From positions 62,001 to 126,000 of the IMG/VR virus record IMGVR_UViG_3300013005_000001: a stretch of DNA of 64,000 nt; one strand, written 5' to 3'. Of this stretch, positions 18,157 through 27,275 are shown in pieces. Within the stretch, counting starts at the first letter, position 1. Each line of letters starts with the position of its first letter. A program made the position numbers and the translations under genes. Below the pieces are notes generated by a model. That model was not told the origin of the DNA, did no database searches, and saw nothing but the letters and a program-made list of their open reading frames with translations.

Positions 18157-19755
18157 TTAAACTTTCAAGTCCCATGAAGGGGCTTGAGAAGATTTTTGTT
18201 TACCAAGTATATCATCTATATCATTGTACTGGAAGCTAGAAGCCCAGTCCCAGTTTTCATAAGCATAGCGATATAAGTCTTTAATCATTTCGCGTTCTTT
18301 ATTCCAAAGAATATTGCGCATAAATGGAGCAGCTTTTACTACGTCAGCAGTATTTAGCATGCGGTGTTCAGCAGAAACAACATTAAATTTTGTTTCTTTA
18401 ACAAGTGATTTAATTTCTGCACCAGTAAAATACTTAGTTGCATGAGCTATAGCAGAATAATCATACGTATCTTCAGGAAGATAAATCTTAATAATTTCAA
18501 TTCGTTCTTCAAATGATGGCAAGCCAACAAAGAAGATCTTATCGAATCGTTCTGCACGAAGCATTTCTGGCTTAAGATGATTAAGCTGGTTAGCAGCACA
18601 CATTAAGAATACGTCATTAGGAAGTTCTTGAAGACCAGTAAGAAATTCGCCATGAACACGATCGGTAGTGCCACCGTCTACTTGAGATGAGCTTTGACCA
18701 CCAGACATGTCTCGACCGAACTCGTCAATCCAAACACAAAGAGGAGCCATGACTTTAATCTGTTGAAAGACTGTACGCATGTTTTGTTCTGATTGACCAA
18801 TGAAGGAATTCATTACTTGACTTACACCAGTTCGAGCAAGATCAAGACCAAGTGCACTAGCAGTTGCTTCACAAATAGCAGATTTACCAGTGCCCGGAAT
18901 ACCAACAGTTAGCATGCGACGAATAGGCTGAATGCCAAACTTCTGAGCTTCTTGAGGATTATTCCAAAAATAAAGATTGCGCATAATAACATCTTTAATA
19001 TTATCAAGGCCACCAATTTGATCAAAAGTAATCTTAGGTTTGATTATTTCAAGAATTCCATTTTTCTTAACATTAGCCATTTTAGCTTCGTAAATATAAG
19101 AAGAGCTAATTGTCCCATGCTCAAGAACTGACATAAGACAGAGGTTGATGAACTTAGATTCTGTAAGGCCAAGTCCAGCATTAGAAATTTCTTTAGCCTT
19201 AGCAGCATCTAACACTTCGCCATTAGTTGAAGTGTGTATGTGATTAAGAATTTCGTTTAGTTCTTGAAGAGTAGGGTACATATCTTCATGAACATAAAAT
19301 AGATGAGCAATTTCCTCTGGAACATCAGATGCGCTCAACACTATTAGCTGAAGTGGCATCAGAGAAATGTCATCAGATTTAAAAGATTTTCTGTAGTCAG
19401 AATGAAGAGAAGAAACTAAACCTGAGAATTCGTTAGCAAATGCTTTGGGGTCTCCAATTAAATTGTAAATAAAAGACTTAGGAAGATCTTTAACATCAGG
19501 AGAATTAAACATGTAATCAAATGATAATGAAAGATCTGTAGTTGTTTTCACCATGGGTGGAGCGCCTTCTTCAGGCGCAGGTATAGAAACAAGAACTGGT
19601 TTCCACTGAAAGTTTACGTTTTGAGAAAATCCATCTTTTGAAATCGTAAAATAAGTACGCTTATCAAAAGATATAATGTTTTCTTCAAGTCTGTAGGGGT
19701 CGGTTGTTTTAATCCATATGGCAGGAATGCCAAGTTGAATTTGCTGAAAGAGCAT
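18157..19755 (-). CDS. AAA+ ATPase (Ycf46/Cdc48-like, with degenerate N-terminal AAA module)
   Basis: Walker A GIPGTGKS, Walker B CVWIDE, sensor-1 AAN, Arg finger LRAERFD; GGAG RBS before ATG 19755. Confidence 0.9.
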   Translation of the reverse strand: MLFQQIQLGIPAIWIKTTDPYRLEENIISFDKRTYFTISKDGFSQNVNFQWKPVLVSIPAPEEGAPPMVKTTTDLSLSFDYMFNSPDVKDLPKSFIYNLIGDPKAFANEFSGLVSSLHSDYRKSFKSDDISLMPLQLIVLSASDVPEEIAHLFYVHEDMYPTLQELNEILNHIHTSTNGEVLDAAKAKEISNAGLGLTESKFINLCLMSVLEHGTISSSYIYEAKMANVKKNGILEIIKPKITFDQIGGLDNIKDVIMRNLYFWNNPQEAQKFGIQPIRRMLTVGIPGTGKSAICEATASALGLDLARTGVSQVMNSFIGQSEQNMRTVFQQIKVMAPLCVWIDEFGRDMSGGQSSSQVDGGTTDRVHGEFLTGLQELPNDVFLMCAANQLNHLKPEMLRAERFDKIFFVGLPSFEERIEIIKIYLPEDTYDYSAIAHATKYFTGAEIKSLVKETKFNVVSAEHRMLNTADVVKAAPFMRNILWNKEREMIKDLYRYAYENWDWASSFQYNDIDDILGKQKSSQAPSWDLKV

Positions 19756-19795
19756 GTGTACTCCGAATATCAAAATAATAATCTAAGGGCTTTAT

Positions 19796-19865
19796 AAAAA
19801 ATGATGGGGGGGACCACTCTATTAAGAGTTTAATAAACTATCAAGTAGTTTAATAGCCCCCCCCA
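19796..19865 (-). terminator. branched G7/C8-closed hairpin plus U tract between the Ubl and AAA genes
   Basis: G run 19806-19812 pairs with C run 19857-19864, two internal hairpins, followed by a T5 tract on the minus strand. Confidence 0.55.
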
Positions 19866-19885
19866 CGATCATAGTAGGAAAGGTA

Positions 19886-20137
19886 TTAGCCCTTTTCGCC
19901 TGCACGGCGATGGAACTCAACGTTGTCGTTTGGCTGAATGACATAGTTCTCGTCGAGCTTGTCTTTACCCTTGTAAGCAATAGCGTCTGAGCTAATGCCC
20001 CAGAGCTTGCTGAACTGCTCACGAACTTGTCCAACAGTCTTTCCTGAGACTGGTGCTGGCTGATTGTATACACCGTAACGAACGTTGGCTACGCCTTCGC
20101 TTGAGCTGGTGCTTGTTTGGTTGGAATTCATTTCCAT
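19886..20137 (-). CDS. ubiquitin-like (beta-grasp) modifier protein
   Basis: 83 aa, GKTVGQVR...AY.G...DENYVIQPND.VEF, C-terminal RRAGEKG, adjacent to E1. Confidence 0.85.
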   Translation of the reverse strand: MEMNSNQTSTSSSEGVANVRYGVYNQPAPVSGKTVGQVREQFSKLWGISSDAIAYKGKDKLDENYVIQPNDNVEFHRRAGEKG

Positions 20138-20158
20138 GTTATTATCTCCGTTTATTAG

Positions 20159-20908
20159 TTATAGGTAAGCGGGTTGCTGTTGATTAACCATACGATTGTA
20201 TGGCTGGGACATGCCAAGACCTAAATCAAAGTAGATCTCTGACTGTTCTGGATTTTGTTCGGAAACAATAGTATATTGAATACGACCAAGAATCATTGCA
20301 GCAACAGCCATGTTGGTGGCAAGTATTTGTGTACCACCTTCTACTTCGGCTCGTTCTTGACAAGACATTTCACCTGGATTGCGATCAGGTGGATTTTGGT
20401 ATTCTGGGTGTGTTTCTACCGGATGAGCAGTAACGTCTACGCCATCGCGACGACGATAATGATAGATGCTACCAAAAAGGTTATCATCATTTCCACCAGT
20501 AAAAACATCTACGTTGTTAAGCTTTGAAGCTGCGTCAAATAAAATTTTACGAGCAGCAAAGTTGTCAACAACAGCAAGAACAATATCGCCTTCAGTAATT
20601 AACTGAGTAGCTCTGATCTTGCTAGATTCTTCATCTGTTTCAGGATGTTCATCTGAAACAACCCACTTAGGAATAGGTATAACAAGAGTCTGATTAAACT
20701 GCTTAGTTAGCTCAAGAGCTTTAACTGAAGCCTTGTTTCCTACTTGAGTAAATGATTGACGCTCTAAGTTTCTTTGCTCATAACTGTCACCATCAACAAT
20801 TATTAAAGCAGATCCAGGATATTTCCATTCAAGAAGTCTTACGACTCCTTCTGCTAACCAGGTGCCAATGCCACCGGCACCAACTAGAACTACTCTTTTG
20901 GGGTCCAT
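20159..20908 (-). CDS. ThiF/E1-like Ubl-activating enzyme
   Basis: VGAGGIG, VDGD..E.RNL.RQ, VDNFAAR, PGEMSC putative catalytic Cys. Confidence 0.9.
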   Translation of the reverse strand: MDPKRVVLVGAGGIGTWLAEGVVRLLEWKYPGSALIIVDGDSYEQRNLERQSFTQVGNKASVKALELTKQFNQTLVIPIPKWVVSDEHPETDEESSKIRATQLITEGDIVLAVVDNFAARKILFDAASKLNNVDVFTGGNDDNLFGSIYHYRRRDGVDVTAHPVETHPEYQNPPDRNPGEMSCQERAEVEGGTQILATNMAVAAMILGRIQYTIVSEQNPEQSEIYFDLGLGMSQPYNRMVNQQQPAYL

Positions 20909-20918
20909 AAATTATTCC

Positions 20919-22571
20919 TTAATCGTAATAAGCCAAGCTATTAGTATGCTCATAAGCAACATAATCTTGACATTGAGTAATAGGGTTTTCAATTTTTCTT
21001 TTACTTATAGCAAAATCAAGAATTGAAGTTAAATAAGGTTTGCAATTGCGAGAATAATAAAATTCACAATCAACGCAACTTGACTGATTATCATACACGT
21101 TGTATGGATGAGTGTGATCAAATTCAATTACATCATCATAATATACAGTCTTCTCACAGGTGCATTGTTCAATTAAAGATAAAGGAATGTCACAGCAAAC
21201 TGTTCTAGTCTGATCAAATCCTTCATAGAAATAATCATCAAGAACTTCTACAGTTGTTCCTTCGTTACTAGAAAGTAATGAAGTATGCAAAGAACTGTCA
21301 TCATCGTTATAATCAACTTCTTTAATTCGCATAAGCAAATCTTGATCTTTGCCATCTTTAGTCCAAAGGTAATAAGTTACATTAGGATCTAAATTTCTGT
21401 CAGTTAAATACTTTTTAGCGTTATCGATTATCTCAGCATAAGAATCTGATATAAGAGCAAAGCACAAATCGCAAGTGTCACAATAGAAATTCTTTGCGTA
21501 ATAAGCAAGTACTTCAGTTTGACATGATGGGCATTCAGATCCAGCAGAATCTACTTCACCTATAACGAGATATGGTTCATCGTCTTTTGGATCTGGATAC
21601 TCTTGAAGTCGAGGATCTCCGTTACGAATACCAGGATGAGTAGAGGCCTGCGGAAGACTCTGTGCCTGCGTTGTAGCCTGCGTTGTAGACGCCTGCGCCA
21701 CCCGAGTAACCGAACCCCCCGCTATAGGGGGGAGTGCTTTTTTTACTTTAGAAGTCCATTCTACTACTTGAGGATCGGGTTCTTTAAGAAAAATATAATC
21801 TTCAAATACATCTTCTGGCTTAAGGGTATAAGTATGACCGGCCATTTGCATTTCAATATGATATTGAGTTGCGCCATTATTGACAGATTTTTGCCATCCA
21901 TAAGTAATATGGATACCATCAAAATCAGCTTGGTCTGCATGATCTGTGCCAGATGCATATGCAGCCATATCGGGATGGCTATGAACAGAACCAACAATTA
22001 AAACATCTTCTGGTTTTTGATCTACGATACTGTCCGCATCGTACTTACAGTGAACAGAAGTGTTTACTTGGTCTGGAACAAGAACGCCCCAGCCTTGAGA
22101 AGTGCCTTCATACTGAGGATCAAATGTCAAAAGAACAATTGACTCAGTGCCGTGCTGAGCATGAACCAATCTAAAGAACTCGTCTAGCTTGTCAATAATA
22201 ACACGAGGAATGGCAGGAAGACTGTATTCAGCTGTTTCACGAGTAACGTCAAAGTCAAAGAGGTCTTCGTCAACTATTTCAGAAACAGTTCTTCCAACAA
22301 AGTTGTTAACAACCTTAACAATCTTAGTAGAAAGATCAGTTACGTAAGAAACATTCTTAGTTGTAATGCCCTTATCGTAAACGTTTGTTTCAACTTTGCG
22401 GTCAGTAGCAACATTGCAAATTAGATAATAAATATTGAAACCAAGAAATTCAATTTCTTCTTCAATGTTATCTCTGTTTGCCATAAAGCATGGGACTCCG
22501 GATTTAGTCCAGAAGTAATTTAAGTCTTCTAACTTAACATCCATATAAGTAATATTATCTATTTGGTCCAT
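20919..22571 (-). CDS. JAB/MPN+ (JAMM) isopeptidase with C-terminal Cys-rich zinc-binding regions
   Basis: TESIVLL...GSVHSHPDMAAYASGTD (E-HxH-x7-S-x2-D); CPSC/CDTC and further Cys clusters. Confidence 0.88.
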   Translation of the reverse strand: MDQIDNITYMDVKLEDLNYFWTKSGVPCFMANRDNIEEEIEFLGFNIYYLICNVATDRKVETNVYDKGITTKNVSYVTDLSTKIVKVVNNFVGRTVSEIVDEDLFDFDVTRETAEYSLPAIPRVIIDKLDEFFRLVHAQHGTESIVLLTFDPQYEGTSQGWGVLVPDQVNTSVHCKYDADSIVDQKPEDVLIVGSVHSHPDMAAYASGTDHADQADFDGIHITYGWQKSVNNGATQYHIEMQMAGHTYTLKPEDVFEDYIFLKEPDPQVVEWTSKVKKALPPIAGGSVTRVAQASTTQATTQAQSLPQASTHPGIRNGDPRLQEYPDPKDDEPYLVIGEVDSAGSECPSCQTEVLAYYAKNFYCDTCDLCFALISDSYAEIIDNAKKYLTDRNLDPNVTYYLWTKDGKDQDLLMRIKEVDYNDDDSSLHTSLLSSNEGTTVEVLDDYFYEGFDQTRTVCCDIPLSLIEQCTCEKTVYYDDVIEFDHTHPYNVYDNQSSCVDCEFYYSRNCKPYLTSILDFAISKRKIENPITQCQDYVAYEHTNSLAYYD

Positions 22572-22603
22572 AAAATCTCCAGATTTAGGGTTTCTTTATT
22601 TTG

Positions 22604-24472
22604 TTAAAAAGGGTCAGTGAAAGATTGATTGTTAGCTTGTAAAAAGTTTTGATGTTTTTTAATTCCAACAGATTTGGATAAAGTGTGTACAGATTGCTGA
22701 ATAGCAACTTGAACATACTGTTCTTGGAATGGCTGATAATAAGCTACCATTTCTCCTTCAGGAGATTCTGTAACATTACCAAGGCATTCTGCACAACACT
22801 GAGTTACAGTAAGAGAAGTGTCTTCAGGTAAAATAGTGGGAGTACAAGGTCCAAATTGAGAATTATTATTCTTCAACAATCCGCAAGGGCAAGTAAAATG
22901 CTGAGCATTGCATGATTGACAAAGGGTAATAACTTTAGGAGCTAAGATTAAATCAGGTGAAACAACCATGGCCTTAGACTGAGGATAACTTTCTTGCCAA
23001 CCATTAGTTTCAATAGCAACAGCTGCACATACATAACAGTTAGTAGGAGTTAATTCATTATCTGCTATATAACCAGGTTGGCAGTTAGAACATACCACTT
23101 CTTCAGATTCAGGAATGTGTAGAAGTTGTTTAGCTAAAGCAGTTTTTGCATTTTCAGAATTTCCTATAACGCCTATCCAACTTGAGCAAATATGGCATTC
23201 TGCTACAGTATCATGTTGGGTATGATAGTATTCACAGTCTGATTCAGAAAAAACTATATTAGGATCTTCGTTATTATAGTATTTATCAACAGACTCAATA
23301 AAAGAGTAATGATCATTTATGCATGAGTTGCATACATCATTGCCGTAAGCATCGCAAATTGGTTCTTCATCGCTCATATGATGAATGTCTTCACAGCATG
23401 AGCAAACCCAATCGTTTTCATTATCTTCGTCTTGAGAAAATAAGTTTGGCTGGATTAAAACTGCAGAACCGTTTTTCTCTCTGTTAGCAACAGTAAAATC
23501 ATAAGGGTTATCTTTAGCAGTATGAGTATAATTTACTGGAGAAGAAGCAAAAGCTTTTTTAAACATATCAGCAATGTTTAGATCGGTAAAAGATAAATCA
23601 GGACGAGATACAATATTATACATCTTAGGAATGTTAGTATCAGAATAGTATGCTTGGTAGTTACCTAACATAGCCATAGCAAGAGTTAGCTCTTGTCCGT
23701 TGTAATCATGTTGAGCTTGATTATCCATGTCTTTAACTTTAACAGGGATCCAAAGGTTTTCATCTAGAGTCCAATTAAAACCTTCTTCATCAGACTTTTG
23801 CTGCCAAAGCTTTGGATTTGTAATATATTCAGGCTTTCCGTTAGCAGCATAAAAACGAGGACCATCAGTCTCTGACATGTTGGCATCATTATAAGTCTCT
23901 ACTCCTGAGCAGCGCTCAATGAAACGAGAAACTTTTTCATTAAAAGGAAAAGAAGACCAATCATCTTTATGATACAAGCAAATCCAACCTACGGCATTGC
24001 CTCGATAGCCTTTGCAGTTAATGTTAGGAAGGTTAACGTGATAAAGAACGTTATTAGGAGAAGTGATTGGATATGGAGAATAAAACATTTTAGCACCTAG
24101 AAGGTTGCCGTTTTCAAAGTCTCCAATAACAATGCGATAGGGCTGAGCTACATAGTAAGTTTTAGCGTGTATATCGCCCTCGTGAGAGCCCCAGTTGAGG
24201 TGATACATGCCGGGGGCGTGTTGGGTCACAACTTGGGTATGAGGACCCGCAGAACGGATTGCAAGCACTCCTGTGCCATTCAAGGGAAGTAAGCCTGTAT
24301 CAAAGGATGCAAACTGAGAAAAGTTACTGTAAAAAGATACGATATCTTTATCAGTTACATGGTCTAAGTTAAAAGATTTAACAGAAGACCGGACGGCATA
24401 AGTGCCTTGATCGTTTTTAACGAGAGAGTAGTTATATGAGTCAGTCATTGTATTTTCCATTCGCAATGTCAT
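22604..24472 (-). CDS. prokaryotic E2 family D-like protein (paralog 1) with C-terminal CxxC repeats
   Basis: YVAQPYRIVIG...KMFYSPYP...LYHVNLPNIN...GWICL; roughly ten CxxC-type pairs after residue 350. Confidence 0.75.
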   Translation of the reverse strand: MTLRMENTMTDSYNYSLVKNDQGTYAVRSSVKSFNLDHVTDKDIVSFYSNFSQFASFDTGLLPLNGTGVLAIRSAGPHTQVVTQHAPGMYHLNWGSHEGDIHAKTYYVAQPYRIVIGDFENGNLLGAKMFYSPYPITSPNNVLYHVNLPNINCKGYRGNAVGWICLYHKDDWSSFPFNEKVSRFIERCSGVETYNDANMSETDGPRFYAANGKPEYITNPKLWQQKSDEEGFNWTLDENLWIPVKVKDMDNQAQHDYNGQELTLAMAMLGNYQAYYSDTNIPKMYNIVSRPDLSFTDLNIADMFKKAFASSPVNYTHTAKDNPYDFTVANREKNGSAVLIQPNLFSQDEDNENDWVCSCCEDIHHMSDEEPICDAYGNDVCNSCINDHYSFIESVDKYYNNEDPNIVFSESDCEYYHTQHDTVAECHICSSWIGVIGNSENAKTALAKQLLHIPESEEVVCSNCQPGYIADNELTPTNCYVCAAVAIETNGWQESYPQSKAMVVSPDLILAPKVITLCQSCNAQHFTCPCGLLKNNNSQFGPCTPTILPEDTSLTVTQCCAECLGNVTESPEGEMVAYYQPFQEQYVQVAIQQSVHTLSKSVGIKKHQNFLQANNQSFTDPF

Positions 24473-24845
24473 CTAGTTCCAAATCTACGTCCATAGAAAA
24501 GTCACCAAAGGCCATAGCCAGCCAGTTGGGATCTTGTTCAGCAGTCGTAATTAATTGAAGCTTAGGTAGTATTTTGTTTTTAGCATCAATAAGATCGGCA
24601 ACGCGATCTAAGGCTTTAGCAACTTTTTTTATCTCTTCTTTATCTTCACTAATGTTTAAAATAAACCTTATAATAGGCATATCAGATAAAGTAAAATGAT
24701 CAACAATTTTATCTATTCTTTCATCAATATGAGAAAGATCAGACTGAAGCTGTTTTTTAACACCTTTAGCTGCGTCAAGTCTAAAGTAAAAATTATCTAT
24801 AGGACCGTTAGCACTGGTGGGAATTTTTTCTGGATAAGAAGACAT
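24441..24845 (-). CDS. hypothetical protein
   Basis: AAGGA RBS before ATG 24845 (MSSYPEK). Confidence 0.6.
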   Translation of the reverse strand: MSSYPEKIPTSANGPIDNFYFRLDAAKGVKKQLQSDLSHIDERIDKIVDHFTLSDMPIIRFILNISEDKEEIKKVAKALDRVADLIDAKNKILPKLQLITTAEQDPNWLAMAFGDFSMDVDLELDDIANGKYND

Positions 24846-24855
24846 ATGATCCTTG

Positions 24856-25527
24856 TTAATAAACCTTAAAGCCAAGAGATTCTCTAATGGACTGAAAGGA
24901 TTGATTGATATAAGCGTTAGAAGAGAAAGATCTGACATCAAGATTAGAATAGTCTCTATCTACAATGGCTTTCATCGGAACTCTATTGATTTGTTCACAC
25001 AACTTTTGATAAATATCAATGTTGCGATTTATGGCATGATTTAAAATTTTATGCATAGACCCAAAGTATACGCGAATAAAAGAATCATCTAAAGTAATAT
25101 TTAAATGTTTAGCAGCAAGTTCAAAAGATTTTGTATTGTCTGCTTGCATTATTGCATTTAAAAATTCAATGATAGAAAATCGCTTTGCAATTGATTCTTC
25201 CAATGTATCTGCATACAAATCTTTAGAATATTTGCCATCAGATAAAGTATTTAAAGCATTAAAAATAGAGCGACTTAGGGAATCAGTTTCAAAAACAAAA
25301 CGATTTGTAACTTCATAAAAAGAAGTTATTATGCCAGTTCTAAGCATAAAGCCACCGGAACCGACTCCTTTATTTTTAGCATAGTCTTTAGTAGACTCAA
25401 TAAGGGATTCTAATTCTTCGTCTTTTGTAAATGTTGAATTTGAAAATACGTTATGAAAAGAAGGGGACTGAGTTTGAGGTGATGGCTCTTGAAAAAGATC
25501 ATCATCGTTATCAGAAAAATGAGACAT
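24856..25527 (-). CDS. hypothetical protein
   Basis: ORF track. Confidence 0.65.
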   Translation of the reverse strand: MSHFSDNDDDLFQEPSPQTQSPSFHNVFSNSTFTKDEELESLIESTKDYAKNKGVGSGGFMLRTGIITSFYEVTNRFVFETDSLSRSIFNALNTLSDGKYSKDLYADTLEESIAKRFSIIEFLNAIMQADNTKSFELAAKHLNITLDDSFIRVYFGSMHKILNHAINRNIDIYQKLCEQINRVPMKAIVDRDYSNLDVRSFSSNAYINQSFQSIRESLGFKVY

Positions 25528-25575
25528 TAAATATCCAAACTGTAAGTGGTCTATTTTTTTGTGTAAGATTAAAGA

Positions 25576-25833
25576 CTAATCATAATACTGATTGTCTTCT
25601 TCTTTAGGCATAAAGGAGCGCCTACTTAAATATCGTTGCTTTAACCATGGATTGTATTTTTTGTAAAGTCCAATCATAGTATTATTGTATAAAACAAAAG
25701 CATCGATGTAACACATTAAATCATCATGATGTGATTCGTTAATCTTTTTTTGATACATTTGAAAGACTTTAGTTCTTGCAGAAAGAGGAGGATGCCTAAA
25801 GGGTTGCTTAACCCATTGGTCATTATAAGCCAT
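25576..25833 (-). CDS. hypothetical protein
   Basis: ORF track. Confidence 0.5.
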   Translation of the reverse strand: MAYNDQWVKQPFRHPPLSARTKVFQMYQKKINESHHDDLMCYIDAFVLYNNTMIGLYKKYNPWLKQRYLSRRSFMPKEEDNQYYD

Positions 25834-25859
25834 GTAAAAAAATCCTTTTTAGAATAAGT

Positions 25860-25939
25860 TGGTACGGGCGACGGGACTTGAACCCGCGTGCCACCAACTA
25901 CCCTTTCTACACTTTATAAGAGTGAGGGGATACGCCCGT
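25860..25939 (-). tRNA. non-canonical tRNA-like RNA with TAT (Ile) anticodon-like loop and no standard D arm
   Basis: ACGGGCG/CGCCCGT acceptor, A73, CCA, GCGGG-TTCAAGT-CCCGT T arm, CACT-CTTATAA-AGTG hairpin. Confidence 0.65.
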
Positions 25940-25983
25940 GTGTAAAAACAGAGATGTATCCAAGCATATTCGAAAATCTAATC

Positions 25984-26253
25984 TCATTGTGCGTTCTCTT
26001 TACGGGGTTGTTCTTTGACCATTTGATATAAAGCTTTTATTCCAAGCGGAGTTATAGTATAACCTTTGTTGGATTTGATTGCAAATCGTTGACGGACAAG
26101 AATGTCTAGTGAGCGGGTAGCAGTACTAATTCTTTTATTATACTTTGTAGGAGATAAAGCCATAAGATCATTAACAGTAGACCATTTCTGGCCTCTGGTC
26201 TTAAGATAGTATAACGCTACATGAGTAGGGGAATTACGCTTAATGTTAATCAT
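25984..26253 (-). CDS. winged-HTH-like DNA-binding protein
   Basis: RSLDILVRQRFA...GYTITPLG wing pattern; GGAGG RBS. Confidence 0.55.
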   Translation of the reverse strand: MINIKRNSPTHVALYYLKTRGQKWSTVNDLMALSPTKYNKRISTATRSLDILVRQRFAIKSNKGYTITPLGIKALYQMVKEQPRKENAQ

Positions 26254-26536
26254 GATTCCTCCGATATATAATATAAATAAATTGATAGCAGGCAATGGAG
26301 CGATATGGGGCCACTAGTGTCATTGCTTTTTCGTTAGCAATTCAGTCGGCTTATTTCTGTGTTTTATCACGTAGTAAGTTTGAATTTACTAGCTGCTATC
26401 AAAACTAATGATGGTGAACGCTCACGTCCACAAACGTCCACCATCAAACTAATTAACTAGCATTTACAACGGGAGATATGTGCCCACCCTAAAATGTTGT
26501 AATTCCGTATCCACTACAAAGGCTACTAGTTAAATC

Positions 26537-27007
26537 TTAATGGATATTAAATCCACCACAGTTTTCAAGAAAGACTTGAAATTCTTTCATAACTTCTAAA
26601 TCCATATGGTACCAAGTTGAAAAAGATTTAACTTTTAAAGTACCTTGACAATTATTACATTGTTCAGTTTTAACAGTTCCATCTTCTTGATCCCAATCTC
26701 GAGTTCCTTGACTATTACAAAGTTTGCAATCTTCTAACGGAAGAGAATCCATATGTGCGTAGTATTGAGAAATGTATTCTTCAATAATTCCTTTTTCTAA
26801 ATCTTTTTTTAAAAGCTTAGACAAGGCTAAAGAGTCTCTAGCATTTAAACCATCGCCAGAGTTATCATGTGGAGATTCACATTTGTCACAAATAACAGGA
26901 TGAAGCTGATGTAGGCAGTCCCATAAAGGGTGCCAGTACCAAACATTGGCGCGAAAGTATTCGCCCTGTTCGTTCTTTGGCTTTCTGCCATAAACGTCCA
27001 TTCCCAT
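26537..27007 (-). CDS. phage hypothetical protein with DnaJ-like CxxC insert
   Basis: MGMDVYG...YFRANVWYWHPLW, CKLC/CNNC, FLENCGGF. Confidence 0.7.
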   Translation of the reverse strand: MGMDVYGRKPKNEQGEYFRANVWYWHPLWDCLHQLHPVICDKCESPHDNSGDGLNARDSLALSKLLKKDLEKGIIEEYISQYYAHMDSLPLEDCKLCNSQGTRDWDQEDGTVKTEQCNNCQGTLKVKSFSTWYHMDLEVMKEFQVFLENCGGFNIH

Positions 27008-27009
27008 GT

Positions 27010-27273
27010 TTAATCTCCTACTAGCTTAGTGTACACTTCACCATTCTCTTGTATTTTTGTGTCTTCATACGGTGCTGCAATACGACGATAGAGTTCTAGT
27101 TTTGCGCACTCTAAAGCTCCAATAACTTCGTTAATGGTAGAGTATGATTTACCCTTCTTATCAATAAAATGATTAATAAGGGTAGAGATGTAATAATTTA
27201 ATTCGCCGGCATTGACAATAGCTTCAGGGCTAAACAATATCTCGGCTCGTATTTCTGGTTTAATGTAGGGCAT
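27010..27273 (-). CDS. conserved phage protein (MPYI...GELNY...ECAKLELYRR...YE..KI.ENG type)
   Basis: Recognisable phage family pattern. Confidence 0.7.
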   Translation of the reverse strand: MPYIKPEIRAEILFSPEAIVNAGELNYYISTLINHFIDKKGKSYSTINEVIGALECAKLELYRRIAAPYEDTKIQENGEVYTKLVGD

Positions 27274-27275
27274 AA

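Noticed and set aside
21660-21735. Short tandem repeats and a C6/G6 palindrome inside the JAB gene
   Set aside because: They encode a QATT linker and an in-frame PPIAGG segment; explained by coding sequence.
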